Positions 8,596-16,241 of a stretch of DNA of 44,073 bases are shown here, piece by piece. The DNA is from Acutalibacteraceae bacterium (GTDB lineage: Bacteria; Bacillota; Clostridia; Oscillospirales; Acutalibacteraceae), in NCBI GenBank assembly GCA_045661365.1, contig JAZRFL010000028.1, forward strand, positions 1 through 44,073, in the 5' to 3' direction. The notes below the pieces were generated by a model. It was not told the origin of the DNA and did no database searches. It saw nothing but the letters and a program-made list of their open reading frames with translations. Within the stretch, counting starts at the first letter, position 1. Every line of letters starts with the position of its first letter. The translations under genes and the position numbers were made by a program.

Positions 8596-9519
8596 GTGAA
8601 ACACATTTTCATCATCAATCCCAAAGCGGGAAAATCCTCTTCCTTTCGGGCGTTGAAAAAGCAAATAGAAGATTGTTTTGCCGCCTATCCTCAAGAAGAA
8701 TATGAAATTTGTTTGACCCACCACGCTGGCGAGGGGACAGACATTGCCCGTCGATTTGCCCAAAGCGGTGAAGCGGTGCGTGTTTATGCTTGCGGGGGTG
8801 ACGGTAGTGCTTTTGACGTGCTCAACGGAATCGTAGGGTACGACAACGCCGCCATGGGGGTCATTCCCCGAGGAACGGGCAACGACTTTTTAAAGATCTT
8901 TCGTCATGGGGAACGATTTGCCGACATTCACAGCCAATTGGCGGGGGAAACCGTGCGGTTAGATGCGATCTTGGCAGGGGACAAATATTGTCTGAACCAA
9001 GCCTCTATGGGGCTAGACGCTCAGGTGTGCGCCCATAAAGACAAGTTTCGCCGTTGGCCGCTGGTGGGCGGGCAGGTTGCCTACGTGCTGGCGTTGCTGT
9101 ATTGTTTTTTCTCGGCTATTCGCAATCGGTTTACGGTGACGGTGGATCACAAGCCCGTAGCCCAAGGAGATTATTTGCTGGCGGTGGCCGCCAACGGTCG
9201 GTTTTACGGCGGGGGATTTCAAAGTGCTCCTACCGCCATGCCAAATGACGGTGAAATGGAATGCATGACCATAAAAAGCGTTTCTCGGTTTCGCATTTTG
9301 TCGTTACTAAAAAAGTATTCCAAAGGCAAACACGTGGGATTGCCCATTTGCCAATACGGCAGAGGCAAAACCATGACCGTGCGCTCCCAAAAACCCACGG
9401 TCTACAATTTAGACGGTGAAGTGTTTTACGCCCAAGAGATCACCTTTCAAATGGTACCCGACGCGGTGCGGTTTGTGGTGCCAAAGGGATGTGAAATGGC
9501 ACCGCCTGCTGATCTGTGA
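8596..9519 (+). CDS. Diacylglycerol-kinase-family lipid kinase (YegS/BmrU-like)
   Basis: VKHIFIINPKAGK, ACGGDGS and PRGTGNDF motifs. I used the in-frame GTG at 8596, just after the upstream stop at 8583-8585. The ORF-track start at 8485 would overlap the methyltransferase gene by 100 nt. Confidence 0.85.
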   Translation: MKHIFIINPKAGKSSSFRALKKQIEDCFAAYPQEEYEICLTHHAGEGTDIARRFAQSGEAVRVYACGGDGSAFDVLNGIVGYDNAAMGVIPRGTGNDFLKIFRHGERFADIHSQLAGETVRLDAILAGDKYCLNQASMGLDAQVCAHKDKFRRWPLVGGQVAYVLALLYCFFSAIRNRFTVTVDHKPVAQGDYLLAVAANGRFYGGGFQSAPTAMPNDGEMECMTIKSVSRFRILSLLKKYSKGKHVGLPICQYGRGKTMTVRSQKPTVYNLDGEVFYAQEITFQMVPDAVRFVVPKGCEMAPPADL

Positions 9520-9530
9520 TACATAAAAAG

Positions 9531-9566
9531 ACCTACCGCAAGGAACCTCTTACGGTAGGTTTTTTG
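9531..9566 (+). terminator. Rho-independent terminator
   Basis: Stem ACCTACCG/CGGTAGGT (9531-9538/9553-9560) followed by TTTTT. Confidence 0.8.
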
Positions 9567-9658
9567 TTTGTGAAGGGATGATATGACGAAAATCAGGTTT
9601 ACATAACGCCAAGTTCGTGCAATTCAGGTCCAAAAATGCATCATTCGCGCCCAATGCA

Positions 9659-9687
9659 TTGACACAGATTAAACATTGTGTTACAAT
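9659..9687 (+). promoter_or_regulatory. SigA promoter TTGACA-N17-TACAAT upstream of the S8 protease cassette
   Basis: TTGACA at 9659-9664, a 17-nt spacer ending in TGt, and TACAAT at 9682-9687. Confidence 0.7.
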
Positions 9688-9776
9688 AAACATACCATAA
9701 AGAAAGAAGGTGAGTCCAATGCAACAAGAACAAGAAATTAAACCATTTATTATTTTTTATTTAGGAGGAAAAACTC

Positions 9777-11801
9777 ATGAAAAAATTGATTACCGCTTTA
9801 TTGTGTGTTGCATTGGTCAGCACAACGATTATTTCAGCAACCGCCGAATCACAATCCACTCTCATCCCATCTATAGAACCTATTGTAAATGAACAGTTAA
9901 TCCCATGCGAAGCCACCGTGTCTGATGATTATGTAACCGGTGAAATTATGGTGGGTATCAAAATGGCATATAGTGCCGTAAACAAAATTTGGACTGCCGC
10001 CGATTTCCCCGAACTTTCCGGTATCACATCCATTGAAGATTTAACATATGCTGATACCGAACAGGCAGCTGCCAAATATAACGCCACCGAAAATTTCCGA
10101 CAACTGCTAAAAATCAATATTGCCAATACGACCAAAGCGGCTGTTATTGCCGGTATTGACGCCTTGGAACAAAACGAAAAAATTTATTTTGCCGAGCCGA
10201 ACTATGTTCTTGAACCGACAAATATTTCTGCACCGTCGAACTTAAATATGCGAGGTGCACTGTCGTATGATAACAATAATCGTTACCAAAAATACACAAA
10301 TGACAAATATCTTGAAGATCAATACGGTTTGTTTTTACACAATGTTGATAAGGTTTGGAATGCTTTTACAACCGGATCTTCTTCCGTTGTAGTAGGAGTT
10401 GTGGATCAGGGCATTTCTTATCATGAGGACTTGCAATTTAATTTGGTGCCCGGATACTCTTCGTACGAGGACGCCGTGGACACAGACTACACCTATGCTG
10501 GGTCGCATGGGACGTCAGTAGCTTCTGTTGTAGGGGCAACCCCAATGAACAACAAGGGAATGGTTGGTGTTTGTCAGCGGGTAACATTGAAATCTTACAA
10601 TATGCATAATCCGGATAGCATTTATTTTAATGCAGAGTATTATGCGCGTGTGTTTACCCAAGCGATGGAAGACAACGTTCCCATATTGGTGTGTTGTGTC
10701 GGATGGGCAAGCGCTACCGGAGGCCCCCCTTCACCGCATAATGCAATAAGAATCAGCATGGATATGTACGATGGTCTTATTGTCGTAGCGGCAGGCAATG
10801 AAAGCGAAGAGATATCTGCAACTAACCCTAAGTATCCTGCGTCTTACGATTTGGATAATATGTTGGTCGTAGGTGGAGTGAATGTCGATGGAACACGCAA
10901 TGTTGACTTTTGTTATAGCAAAACTATCGTCGATATTATGGCTTTATCGAGCAATGTCTATGTATGTAATCCTCCTAATCCGGACGATGAGATAGAGCCC
11001 CATACGCAGGATTGGTATGGGCTAAGTAGGGGGACATCTTTTGCGGCGCCTTTTGTTGCCGGCGTTGCCGCTTTGTTGTTATCGTATGATAGTACACTAA
11101 CTACTGCCCAATTAAAACAGTACATTGTGGAGGGCGCTTATACAACGAGGGCGCTAACAGACTATTGTGTTTCTGGTGGGTATTTAGATGCATATGGAGC
11201 CTTTTTGGCTATGCTTGAAAATCAAACCAAAAGTATTAATGTCCCGATTTATCCTTATATGACACAACAAAACGGGAACGATGTATTTGCTAATACTTAT
11301 ACCTTTAACATTTACTATGATGAAGCTCATGTAAGATTAAGTGAAATACAGTTGTTTGTAGATATAACGCCTGGTAGCTCGTTTACTGTTAGTAGAGTTA
11401 AATACAACGGGCACCCATGTTACATGATTCGTTTGACATTATCAAGTCGGCCCGATGATATGTCAAAACCTTTGTTTCAATTGCATTTTATTTCATATTC
11501 TTCGATTACAACTGCAAAGTCGAGTATTGTATTTTTGACACAAACACTAAAAGACTATGCAGGAAACACGATTAATAATGTACCGGATTTATATCATCCG
11601 ATATATATGGGTGATGTAACCGGCGATAATGCTGTAACCATAGAAGATGCTAATTTGATATTGTCCCACGTGGTTGGAAATTCAACGATAAGTTCGGCTT
11701 ATATCAAAGCGGCTGATGTAAATAGTGATTTATCCATTGGGGCCAACGATGCTATGAATGTACAGAGTTATTGCAATGGTACATTTAAAAGTTTTTATTA
11801 G
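9777..11801 (+). CDS. Secreted subtilisin-like (S8) serine protease with I9-like propeptide, a cohesin-like beta module and C-terminal dockerin
   Basis: Signal peptide present. The propeptide ends YFAEPNYVLEP. Catalytic motifs are VGVVDQGIS (Asp), GSHGTSVASVVGA (His) and SRGTSFAAPFVAGVAALLL (Ser). The dockerin segments are GDVTGDNAVTIEDANLILSHVVG and DVNSDLSIGANDAMNVQSY. An AGGAGG RBS precedes the start. Confidence 0.9.
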   Translation: MKKLITALLCVALVSTTIISATAESQSTLIPSIEPIVNEQLIPCEATVSDDYVTGEIMVGIKMAYSAVNKIWTAADFPELSGITSIEDLTYADTEQAAAKYNATENFRQLLKINIANTTKAAVIAGIDALEQNEKIYFAEPNYVLEPTNISAPSNLNMRGALSYDNNNRYQKYTNDKYLEDQYGLFLHNVDKVWNAFTTGSSSVVVGVVDQGISYHEDLQFNLVPGYSSYEDAVDTDYTYAGSHGTSVASVVGATPMNNKGMVGVCQRVTLKSYNMHNPDSIYFNAEYYARVFTQAMEDNVPILVCCVGWASATGGPPSPHNAIRISMDMYDGLIVVAAGNESEEISATNPKYPASYDLDNMLVVGGVNVDGTRNVDFCYSKTIVDIMALSSNVYVCNPPNPDDEIEPHTQDWYGLSRGTSFAAPFVAGVAALLLSYDSTLTTAQLKQYIVEGAYTTRALTDYCVSGGYLDAYGAFLAMLENQTKSINVPIYPYMTQQNGNDVFANTYTFNIYYDEAHVRLSEIQLFVDITPGSSFTVSRVKYNGHPCYMIRLTLSSRPDDMSKPLFQLHFISYSSITTAKSSIVFLTQTLKDYAGNTINNVPDLYHPIYMGDVTGDNAVTIEDANLILSHVVGNSTISSAYIKAADVNSDLSIGANDAMNVQSYCNGTFKSFY

Positions 11802-11812
11802 GAGGATTTACC

Positions 11813-12559
11813 ATGAGAAAAAGTATCTTATTATTATGTTGCTTGGTATTGCTGCTTAGTTGCTTTACCGGTTGTAACAGTCAGACAGTTACGTCTACCG
11901 ATGTAACTCCTGTGGATTCCTCAAAAACAAGCAAGGCAGAATTGGCATTGACGGTGTCGTCAAAAGAGGATGTTTCGGCACCGCAACCGACTCAATCGGT
12001 ACCGCAACCGACTCAATCGGAACCGCAAACGGAAGTTTCTCCCCCTGCGGCACAACCGAAAACAGTTTCGTTTGATCAACACATGTCGTATAATGACGGT
12101 TCATATATTAAACATGCCAATCGCGAAATGGGCGCTTTTGCTGTTTTGTGCCGTACGTATCAGGAATTGGTAGACTTATTGGACAGTCAGCGCCTTTGCT
12201 TTTTGGACAATGGATACCAAAAATCAATAGCTCTTGAACAATATTCAAAAAGCTATTTTGAATCCGGTAATGCCTTGTTGCTGTATTATCTGCATTGCAC
12301 TTCATCATCGCGCACCATTTTGGTTGAGGGTATGACCTTTGATGAAGGAACGTTGCATGTTGTCTTGCATGACAGACAGAATTCGCTTGTTACTTATGAT
12401 GCAATTGATAAAGTGTATGTTGTTGAGTTGCCTGATTTTTCCGAAAATGTGAACAAGATCCACGTTACCTCAGAGGTGTTTGAGGCACTTCTTTTAGAAG
12501 ACGGAAAATGGGGTTGGCAACAGAAAACCACCGAAGAATATGATTTTGCGATTGATTAA
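11813..12559 (+). CDS. Lipoprotein of unknown function, co-transcribed partner of the S8 protease
   Basis: Lipobox LLSCFTG-C, a P/Q/T/S-rich linker, and a globular C-domain of about 160 aa. An AGGAGG RBS lies 11 nt after the protease stop. Confidence 0.8.
   Translation: MRKSILLLCCLVLLLSCFTGCNSQTVTSTDVTPVDSSKTSKAELALTVSSKEDVSAPQPTQSVPQPTQSEPQTEVSPPAAQPKTVSFDQHMSYNDGSYIKHANREMGAFAVLCRTYQELVDLLDSQRLCFLDNGYQKSIALEQYSKSYFESGNALLLYYLHCTSSSRTILVEGMTFDEGTLHVVLHDRQNSLVTYDAIDKVYVVELPDFSENVNKIHVTSEVFEALLLEDGKWGWQQKTTEEYDFAID
11980..12032 (+). repeat. Tandem 21-bp coding repeat (2.5 copies) encoding (A/V)PQPTQS
   Basis: ACCGCAACCGACTCAATCGGT (11980-12000) is followed by ACCGCAACCGACTCAATCGGA (12001-12021) and a partial third copy. 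Confidence 0.85.
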
Positions 12560-12628
12560 ATAAACTTTATCAATCCCCAAGAAAGAATGGTAACCCAGCC
12601 ATCATAGGAAACAAATAAAAAACATTAC

Positions 12629-12658
12629 GGCCGAGGAGACCATCTCCTCGGCTTTTTT
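12629..12658 (+). terminator. Rho-independent terminator
   Basis: Stem GCCGAGGAG/CTCCTCGGC with loop ACCAT, followed by TTTTTT. Confidence 0.85.
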
Positions 12659-12824
12659 CGTAGAACAACTACCGGCTATGCCGGTGGGAAAAACGTTTGC
12701 GACGGACAGAATAAAACCTCCTTGATATATTGGTAGTTGAGGTTGGCCAACCCAACAAAAATATATCAAGGAGATCCTAATTGCGGGTGTTTCACCGCTC
12801 ATAAATCGTATAGGCTCGGCAATA

Positions 12825-13421
12825 CTAAAACCGTGCGATCACTTCGGCTTTGTAGCCACGCATCCATATACCGGGGGTGACGCGCAAGGTGTATCCGTGG
12901 CCCGGGGCGCAAAACCAATCGCTGGGGGTACGTTCGGGAATGCCGCATTGCGCCAAAATTGCCATAATGGAACCGCCGTGACAGCACACCGCCACGTCGG
13001 TGGTGCCTTCTTTCATGGCTTGCTCCACGATCTTGGCAAAGGCTACCACACTGCGTTTGAAAAACCGTTCTCCCGTTTCGCCACCGGGAGGGGTTCCTCC
13101 CGACAACCATTCGGTATAGCGGGGGTCATCTTTCAGCTCTTGCGGGGTTTTGTCCTCGAATTCACCGAAATCACATTCGGTCAAGCCTGGTTCCACAACG
13201 GGGGTGTGTTCGGGGTATAAAATTTCCACCGTTTGCCGACAACGAAGCAGGGGACTTGTGTACACCGCCTGCACGGGAGGAAAGGGTTCTTCCGTTACCA
13301 TGTCGGTCAATTCTTGCCGCCCTTTGGCGGTGAGGGGCAGATCGGTGCGGCCGATGTAGCGCACCACCCCTTCGGCACTTTCTCTGCCGTGACGGATCAG
13401 GTGGATAAGGTAAGTTTTCAT
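12825..13421 (-). CDS. Histidine phosphatase family protein (phosphoglycerate-mutase-like / CobC-like)
   Basis: LIHLIRHGRES (RHG motif) plus a downstream CCHGGSI. I preferred the ATG at 13421, which has a GGGGA RBS, over the ORF-track start at 13457, which has none. Confidence 0.8.
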   Translation of the reverse strand: MKTYLIHLIRHGRESAEGVVRYIGRTDLPLTAKGRQELTDMVTEEPFPPVQAVYTSPLLRCRQTVEILYPEHTPVVEPGLTECDFGEFEDKTPQELKDDPRYTEWLSGGTPPGGETGERFFKRSVVAFAKIVEQAMKEGTTDVAVCCHGGSIMAILAQCGIPERTPSDWFCAPGHGYTLRVTPGIWMRGYKAEVIARF

Positions 13422-13436
13422 TGAAAAAAGTTCCCC

Positions 13437-13486
13437 TTTACAAATAATCTTTTTCATATTATAATATACTAATAGTATAAATACAA
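13437..13486. promoter_or_regulatory. Back-to-back divergent promoters with a central inverted repeat
   Basis: Plus strand: TTTACA (13437-13442)-N17-TATAAT (13460-13465). Minus strand: TTGTAT-N17-TATAAT (13486-13458). The inverted repeat TATACT-aat-AGTATA sits at 13465-13479 between them. Confidence 0.5.
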
Positions 13487-13516
13487 GTTTTTTTGAAAAA
13501 AGGAGGGGAAGATGCT

Positions 13517-14137
13517 ATGGTCAAGGTCTTTGCCAAGCGTATGACCGAGTTGCGGCGAAAAAAAGGAATTACCCAAAAGCAAGCGGCATTGAGCTTGGGC
13601 ATCTCCCAAGCGTTGCTTTCCCACTACGAAAACGGGGTACGGGAATGCGGACTGGATTTTTTGGTCAAAGCCGCCAAGTTTTACGACGTTTCTTGCGATT
13701 ACCTGTTGGGACGGGAAAAAAAGGAAAAAGCAGTCGTTACCCTTGCCACCAAAGAAAAACAACGGTTGCGGGCGGCGGACTATATTTTGTTTGACCTGCT
13801 TGACAAATGCGGCAGCTCCCAATTGGTAGAACAAGCCACCGATTTTTTGGCACTGGCGTATTATCGATTGTACCGCCGCATTTATTGTGGGGGACACGCT
13901 CAACCGGGGGAATTCCACGTGCCCGATTATACCTACCGTGCGTTGGCCGATGCCGCCATGCAGGTGTCCGAAGCACAGATCCGCTGTGTGCTGGACGGTA
14001 TGGAGCTGGAAGGGTTAGAAGCTGTAGATGCCGCTCCCCTTATGATCGATCAAGCCACCCTGGCGCAGGTGTACGGAAACGACTATATTTTATTGACCCA
14101 GTTGTTGGAAAAAGCAGAACACCAATGTAAGGTGTAG
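13517..14137 (+). CDS. XRE-family helix-turn-helix transcriptional regulator with an uncharacterised C-terminal domain
   Basis: LRRKKGITQKQAALSLGISQALLSHYENG is a typical HTH_3 segment. I used the ATG at 13517, which lies 8 nt after AGGAGGGG. Confidence 0.85.
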   Translation: MVKVFAKRMTELRRKKGITQKQAALSLGISQALLSHYENGVRECGLDFLVKAAKFYDVSCDYLLGREKKEKAVVTLATKEKQRLRAADYILFDLLDKCGSSQLVEQATDFLALAYYRLYRRIYCGGHAQPGEFHVPDYTYRALADAAMQVSEAQIRCVLDGMELEGLEAVDAAPLMIDQATLAQVYGNDYILLTQLLEKAEHQCKV

Positions 14138-14152
14138 TAAGGAGTAGCTATC

Positions 14153-15550
14153 ATGGAAGATAAAACCCAAGCCGCCATGCTGAAAGAAAAATTAATGCCC
14201 AAGACCCAAAACGGCTGGTATCGTATCGACGAAGCCACCAAGCAAGAGGTGATGGAGTTTGCCAAAGGATACATGGATTTTTTGACCCGTGCCAAAACCG
14301 AGCGGGAAACGGTAGACGCCACGGTGGAGCTGTTGGAAAACGAGGGCTTTGTGCCGTTCCGAGCTGACGGTAACTATCAACCGGGCGATCGGGTGTATAC
14401 GGTCAACCGCAACAAAAGCGTGATTGCGGCGGTGATCGGCAAGCAACCCATTGACCAAGGGGTCAAGCTGGTGATCGCCCATGGCGATGCCCCTCGGTTG
14501 GATCTGAAGCAACACCCGTTATATGAGACCGACGAAATGGCGTATTTCAAGACCCATTACTACGGCGGGATCCGTAAATACCAATGGGCCACCGTACCGC
14601 TGGCCTTGCACGGTGTGGTGGTGCGTGCCGACGGCAGTCGGGTAACGGTCAACGTGGGAGAGGAAGAGGGCGATCCTCAATTTGTTATTACCGATCTGCT
14701 TCCCCACCTGAGCGCCGAACAAAATAAACGCACATTGGCTGAGGGGATCAAAGGGGAAGAACTGAATCTGCTCATTGGTAGTCGTCCCTTTAACCAAGAT
14801 GCCGAATCTGACATGGTCAAGCTGAACGTAATGCACATTTTGTTTGAAAAATACGGCATGACCGAAGCCGATTTTCTGTCGGCGGAATTGGAAGTTGTGC
14901 CTGCTGTCAAAGCGGTAGACGTGGGATTTGACCGTTCTATGATCGGCGGTTATGCCCACGACGACCGTGTGTGCGTTTACAGCGCCATTATGGCTACCAT
15001 GGACGTAGCGATTCCCGACACTACCGTGGTGACGGTGGTGTGTGACAAAGAAGAAACCGGCTCCGACGGCAACACCGGACTGCAGTCACGGTTTGTGGAA
15101 TATTTTATTGCCGATCTGGCCGATGCCATGGGCGGCGAGGTTCGTCGGGTACTGTCGGCTTCTCGTTGCTTGTCTGCCGACGTCAATGCTGCTTTTGACC
15201 CCACCTTTTCCGATCCGTATGACAAACGTAATTCTTGTTACCTGAACTACGGTGCGGTCATTACCAAATATACCGGCGGACGGGGCAAATACGACACCTC
15301 GGACGCTTCGGCAGAATTCATGGGCAGTATTCGCCACATGCTGGATCAAAACGGTGTGGTATGGCAGACCGGTGAATTGGGTAAGGTGGATGCCGGCGGC
15401 GGTGGTACGGTTGCCAAGTACGTTGCCAATTTAAATGTAGACGTGGTAGACCTGGGTGTACCGGTGCTGTGTATGCACGCGCCGTTTGAAATTATTTCGA
15501 AACTGGACTTGTATATGACCTACAAAGCAATGGAAGCGTTTTACCGATAA
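14153..15550 (+). CDS. M18-family aminopeptidase
   Basis: 465-aa ORF with IAHGDAPRLD, YAHDDRVCVY and CDKEETGSDGNTG metal-ligand-type motifs. An AAGGAG RBS precedes the start. Confidence 0.85.
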   Translation: MEDKTQAAMLKEKLMPKTQNGWYRIDEATKQEVMEFAKGYMDFLTRAKTERETVDATVELLENEGFVPFRADGNYQPGDRVYTVNRNKSVIAAVIGKQPIDQGVKLVIAHGDAPRLDLKQHPLYETDEMAYFKTHYYGGIRKYQWATVPLALHGVVVRADGSRVTVNVGEEEGDPQFVITDLLPHLSAEQNKRTLAEGIKGEELNLLIGSRPFNQDAESDMVKLNVMHILFEKYGMTEADFLSAELEVVPAVKAVDVGFDRSMIGGYAHDDRVCVYSAIMATMDVAIPDTTVVTVVCDKEETGSDGNTGLQSRFVEYFIADLADAMGGEVRRVLSASRCLSADVNAAFDPTFSDPYDKRNSCYLNYGAVITKYTGGRGKYDTSDASAEFMGSIRHMLDQNGVVWQTGELGKVDAGGGGTVAKYVANLNVDVVDLGVPVLCMHAPFEIISKLDLYMTYKAMEAFYR

Positions 15551-15566
15551 AAAAGGAGGAAAAATC

Positions 15567-15902
15567 ATGGCAAACAAAATTCGTTTGGTAGTTGGCGGGA
15601 TCGAGTACATGGTGCTTTCGGAAGAAGATGAAACCTTTGTACGCAAGATCGGTGACGACCTGAACAAAAAATTAGACGATATTAAATTGGCCAATCGTTA
15701 CCTGTCCACGACCATGGTGGCGGTGATGGCGGCGCTGGATTACAGCGAACAACTGGCCAAATGCAAGGAAGAGTGCGAGCATTTGCGGTTGCAACTGAAA
15801 AATGCGGTGGAAGATGCCGCATGCGCTCGCTTAAACGGAGAAGAAGCCCGCCGTGAGATCTTGCGGTTGTCCGAAGAAATTAAAAACCAGCGGCTTGGTT
15901 AG
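15567..15902 (+). CDS. zapA: Cell division protein ZapA
   Basis: 111-aa ORF. IRLVVGGIEYMVLSEEDETFVRKIGDDLNKKL is followed by a C-terminal coiled coil. An AGGAGG RBS precedes the start. Confidence 0.8.
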   Translation: MANKIRLVVGGIEYMVLSEEDETFVRKIGDDLNKKLDDIKLANRYLSTTMVAVMAALDYSEQLAKCKEECEHLRLQLKNAVEDAACARLNGEEARREILRLSEEIKNQRLG

Positions 15903-16043
15903 TCATTTTGACGAATTTTTTGGGATCATTCCCCCAAAAAGGCGAAATTGGTCGACGAAATCCGAAAAATATGCAACTTGCACAAAAAACTCCATAAAGT
16001 ATTGTTCATAACATGGAAAGCAAGGGGCGAAAATATATTTCTG

Positions 16044-16072
16044 TTGACTTTTCTTTGAATTTTTTGTAATAT
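16044..16072 (+). promoter_or_regulatory. SigA promoter TTGACT-N17-TAATAT for the ABC/Yip1 block
   Basis: TTGACT at 16044-16049, a 17-nt spacer, and TAATAT at 16067-16072. This leaves an untranslated leader of about 160 nt. Confidence 0.6.
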
Positions 16073-16241
16073 ATATGTGTGCGAAATGTGCCAAAATGGG
16101 CAATTGTCTTTTGTGAAAATTACATATTTCGTTGTCAATTTTGCACATATTCCGCAAATATTTTTATTGGAATCGCCAAATGGTACTGCATTTGGTCGGT
16201 TTTGTTGTCTTTATTTTGTATCCGGAAAGGGCGATGAACAA

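Noticed and set aside
9710-9892. A 60-aa ORF (or the shorter uORF from ATG 9719) overlapping the start of the S8 protease gene.
   Set aside because: It is out of frame with the protease gene and overlaps it by about 115 nt. It runs through the protease RBS, and its sequence is AT-driven and low in complexity. It is most likely spurious, although a regulatory uORF cannot be fully excluded.
12602-12802. A 66-aa minus-strand ORF in the spacer after the lipoprotein gene.
   Set aside because: It spans the terminator hairpin and the long palindrome, has no RBS, and its sequence is dictated by the inverted repeats.
13517-15550. XRE regulator followed by a peptidase, read as an ImmR/ImmA-like or toxin-antitoxin-like module.
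   Set aside because: The peptidase is a full-length M18 aminopeptidase of 465 aa, not an ImmA/IrrE-type (HEXXH) metalloprotease. No mobile-element genes are nearby.
16077-16241. Upstream extensions of ORF-track starts at 16077, 35194, 41120, 8485, 28499, 13493, 13457 and 3295.
   Set aside because: These extensions lack an RBS, overlap terminators or upstream genes, or encode non-protein-like sequence. Internal starts with GGAGG-type RBS and native-looking N-termini (signal peptides, lipoboxes) were preferred.
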